DNA of 64,000 nucleotides from Octopus bimaculoides (taxonomy: Eukaryota). The position numbers were made by a program, and so were the translations under genes. Position 1 is the first letter of the stretch, and every line of letters starts with the position of its first letter. The stretch covers positions 71,845,128-71,909,127 of the forward strand of contig NC_068990.1 of NCBI RefSeq assembly GCF_001194135.2, given 5' to 3'. Shown here piece by piece: positions 62,766-64,000 of this stretch. The notes beneath the pieces were generated by a model. That model ran no database searches and was not told the origin of the DNA. It saw only the letters and a list, made by a program, of their open reading frames with translations.

Positions 62766-64000
62766 CTTTCGAAAAAAAAATGAACACAGCAGGCTAATGT
62801 AGTTCTAGAGACACTAACATCATTGTCATCATCATCATCATATCAACATCATAGTTTTAATGTCCACTTTTCCATGCTTACATGGGCCAGAAAGAATTTA
62901 TTGAGACAGATTATAATCTGCCCTAAATTATCTATAGCCAGATGTCCTTCCTGTCATCAACACTAACCTATTTCCTAGTAAATTAATATTTCTCCATAGT
63001 CAAACATGCTTTCGCAAAATATTGGAAATGAATAACACTGCTTGTGAGACAGGAATACACTTTTACAACTGTCACATGATGTTAAGACAAAGAGAGACAC
63101 ACAAACAATATATACACACACACAATACACAAGCTTTAAAAATTTACCAAGATGCTTCAATGTTGCTGGTGTATTTTTCTCAAGTGGAACTGGGTCATAT
63201 AATCAGGTTTTCTCCCAGAAGAGCAAACATAGCAGTGTCAGACCATTTGCTGACATAGCTGCACACATATTTAATTGACTGTGTGTCTTAACACAACACC
63301 TATCAACAATAAGGCATAATCCATCAATTGCCAGTAACAACATCCCTACCATTTCTCATTTTAGTCTTAGCAACAAATCCTCCATCTTGAGGAGTCTTCT
63401 CCTTCTATTCAATGAAAATGTATTTTCACCAGTTCAAGTTGCTTTTGTCAGTGTTTATCATCTTCATCATCATCATTTAACAGCCACCGTCCATGTTGGC
63501 ATGGGTTGGGAAGTTTGACAGTAGCTGGTGATCCAGAGGACTGGATCAAACTTCACTGTCTACTTTGGCATGGTTTTCATGGCTGGATACCCTTCCTAAC
63601 ACCAACCAATTTACAGAGTAGACTGGGTGGATTTTACATGGAACAAACATTAGGTTTCTGGGTTTCTGGGATATATTTTGATACATACGTTATTTTTCAT
63701 GAAAGGAACTTTTAGGTTTGGCTGGGGAGCCACAAGCTATGAAGTTTTGCTTGTTTGATGGAGTGAAAAAAAATGACTGATCACTTATTGGGTCTGGAAC
63801 TGGTTTGAAGAAAGATTAAATTATCTATTAAGCTTATAGTCTTCTTACTCATGATTGTCTGAAGGGTATTGATTCAAGAAAATGTCATATGAAGAATTAC
63901 ACTGCAAATATTGGGAAAAAAATGAATGTGAAGCAACCAAAGTGTTTGCAATGATGATGCAATGACAGAAAAAGAGACAAGAGAGGAGAGAATGTGTGTG

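Overview
AT-rich eukaryotic DNA (draft scaffold with 5 N-gaps) dominated by microsatellites and interspersed repeats. The repeat types are tRNA-headed SINEs with (GT)n/(TTA)n/(GAT)n tracts, RTE and R4/Dong LINE fragments, mariner/Tc1, piggyBac-like and hAT-like MITEs, and Penelope-like termini. Together they point to a cephalopod, most likely Octopus; this is an inference and no database search was run. No complete protein-coding gene, rRNA, true tRNA or CRISPR array is visible. Most ORF-track entries are microsatellite, gap or repeat read-through. The window is probably intronic or intergenic, with several low-confidence minus-strand exon candidates. Most notable: a near-complete type I hammerhead ribozyme (minus, 34801-34878), a ~400-bp foldback with a 96-bp perfect arm match (5315-5718), a perfect 21-bp hairpin replacing a SINE B box (45398-45442), and a (TAA)n hotspot holding three forward then three reverse SINE copies plus a Dong-type endonuclease fragment (14375-16420). 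Repeat family names and most repeat boundaries were set by eye and are approximate.
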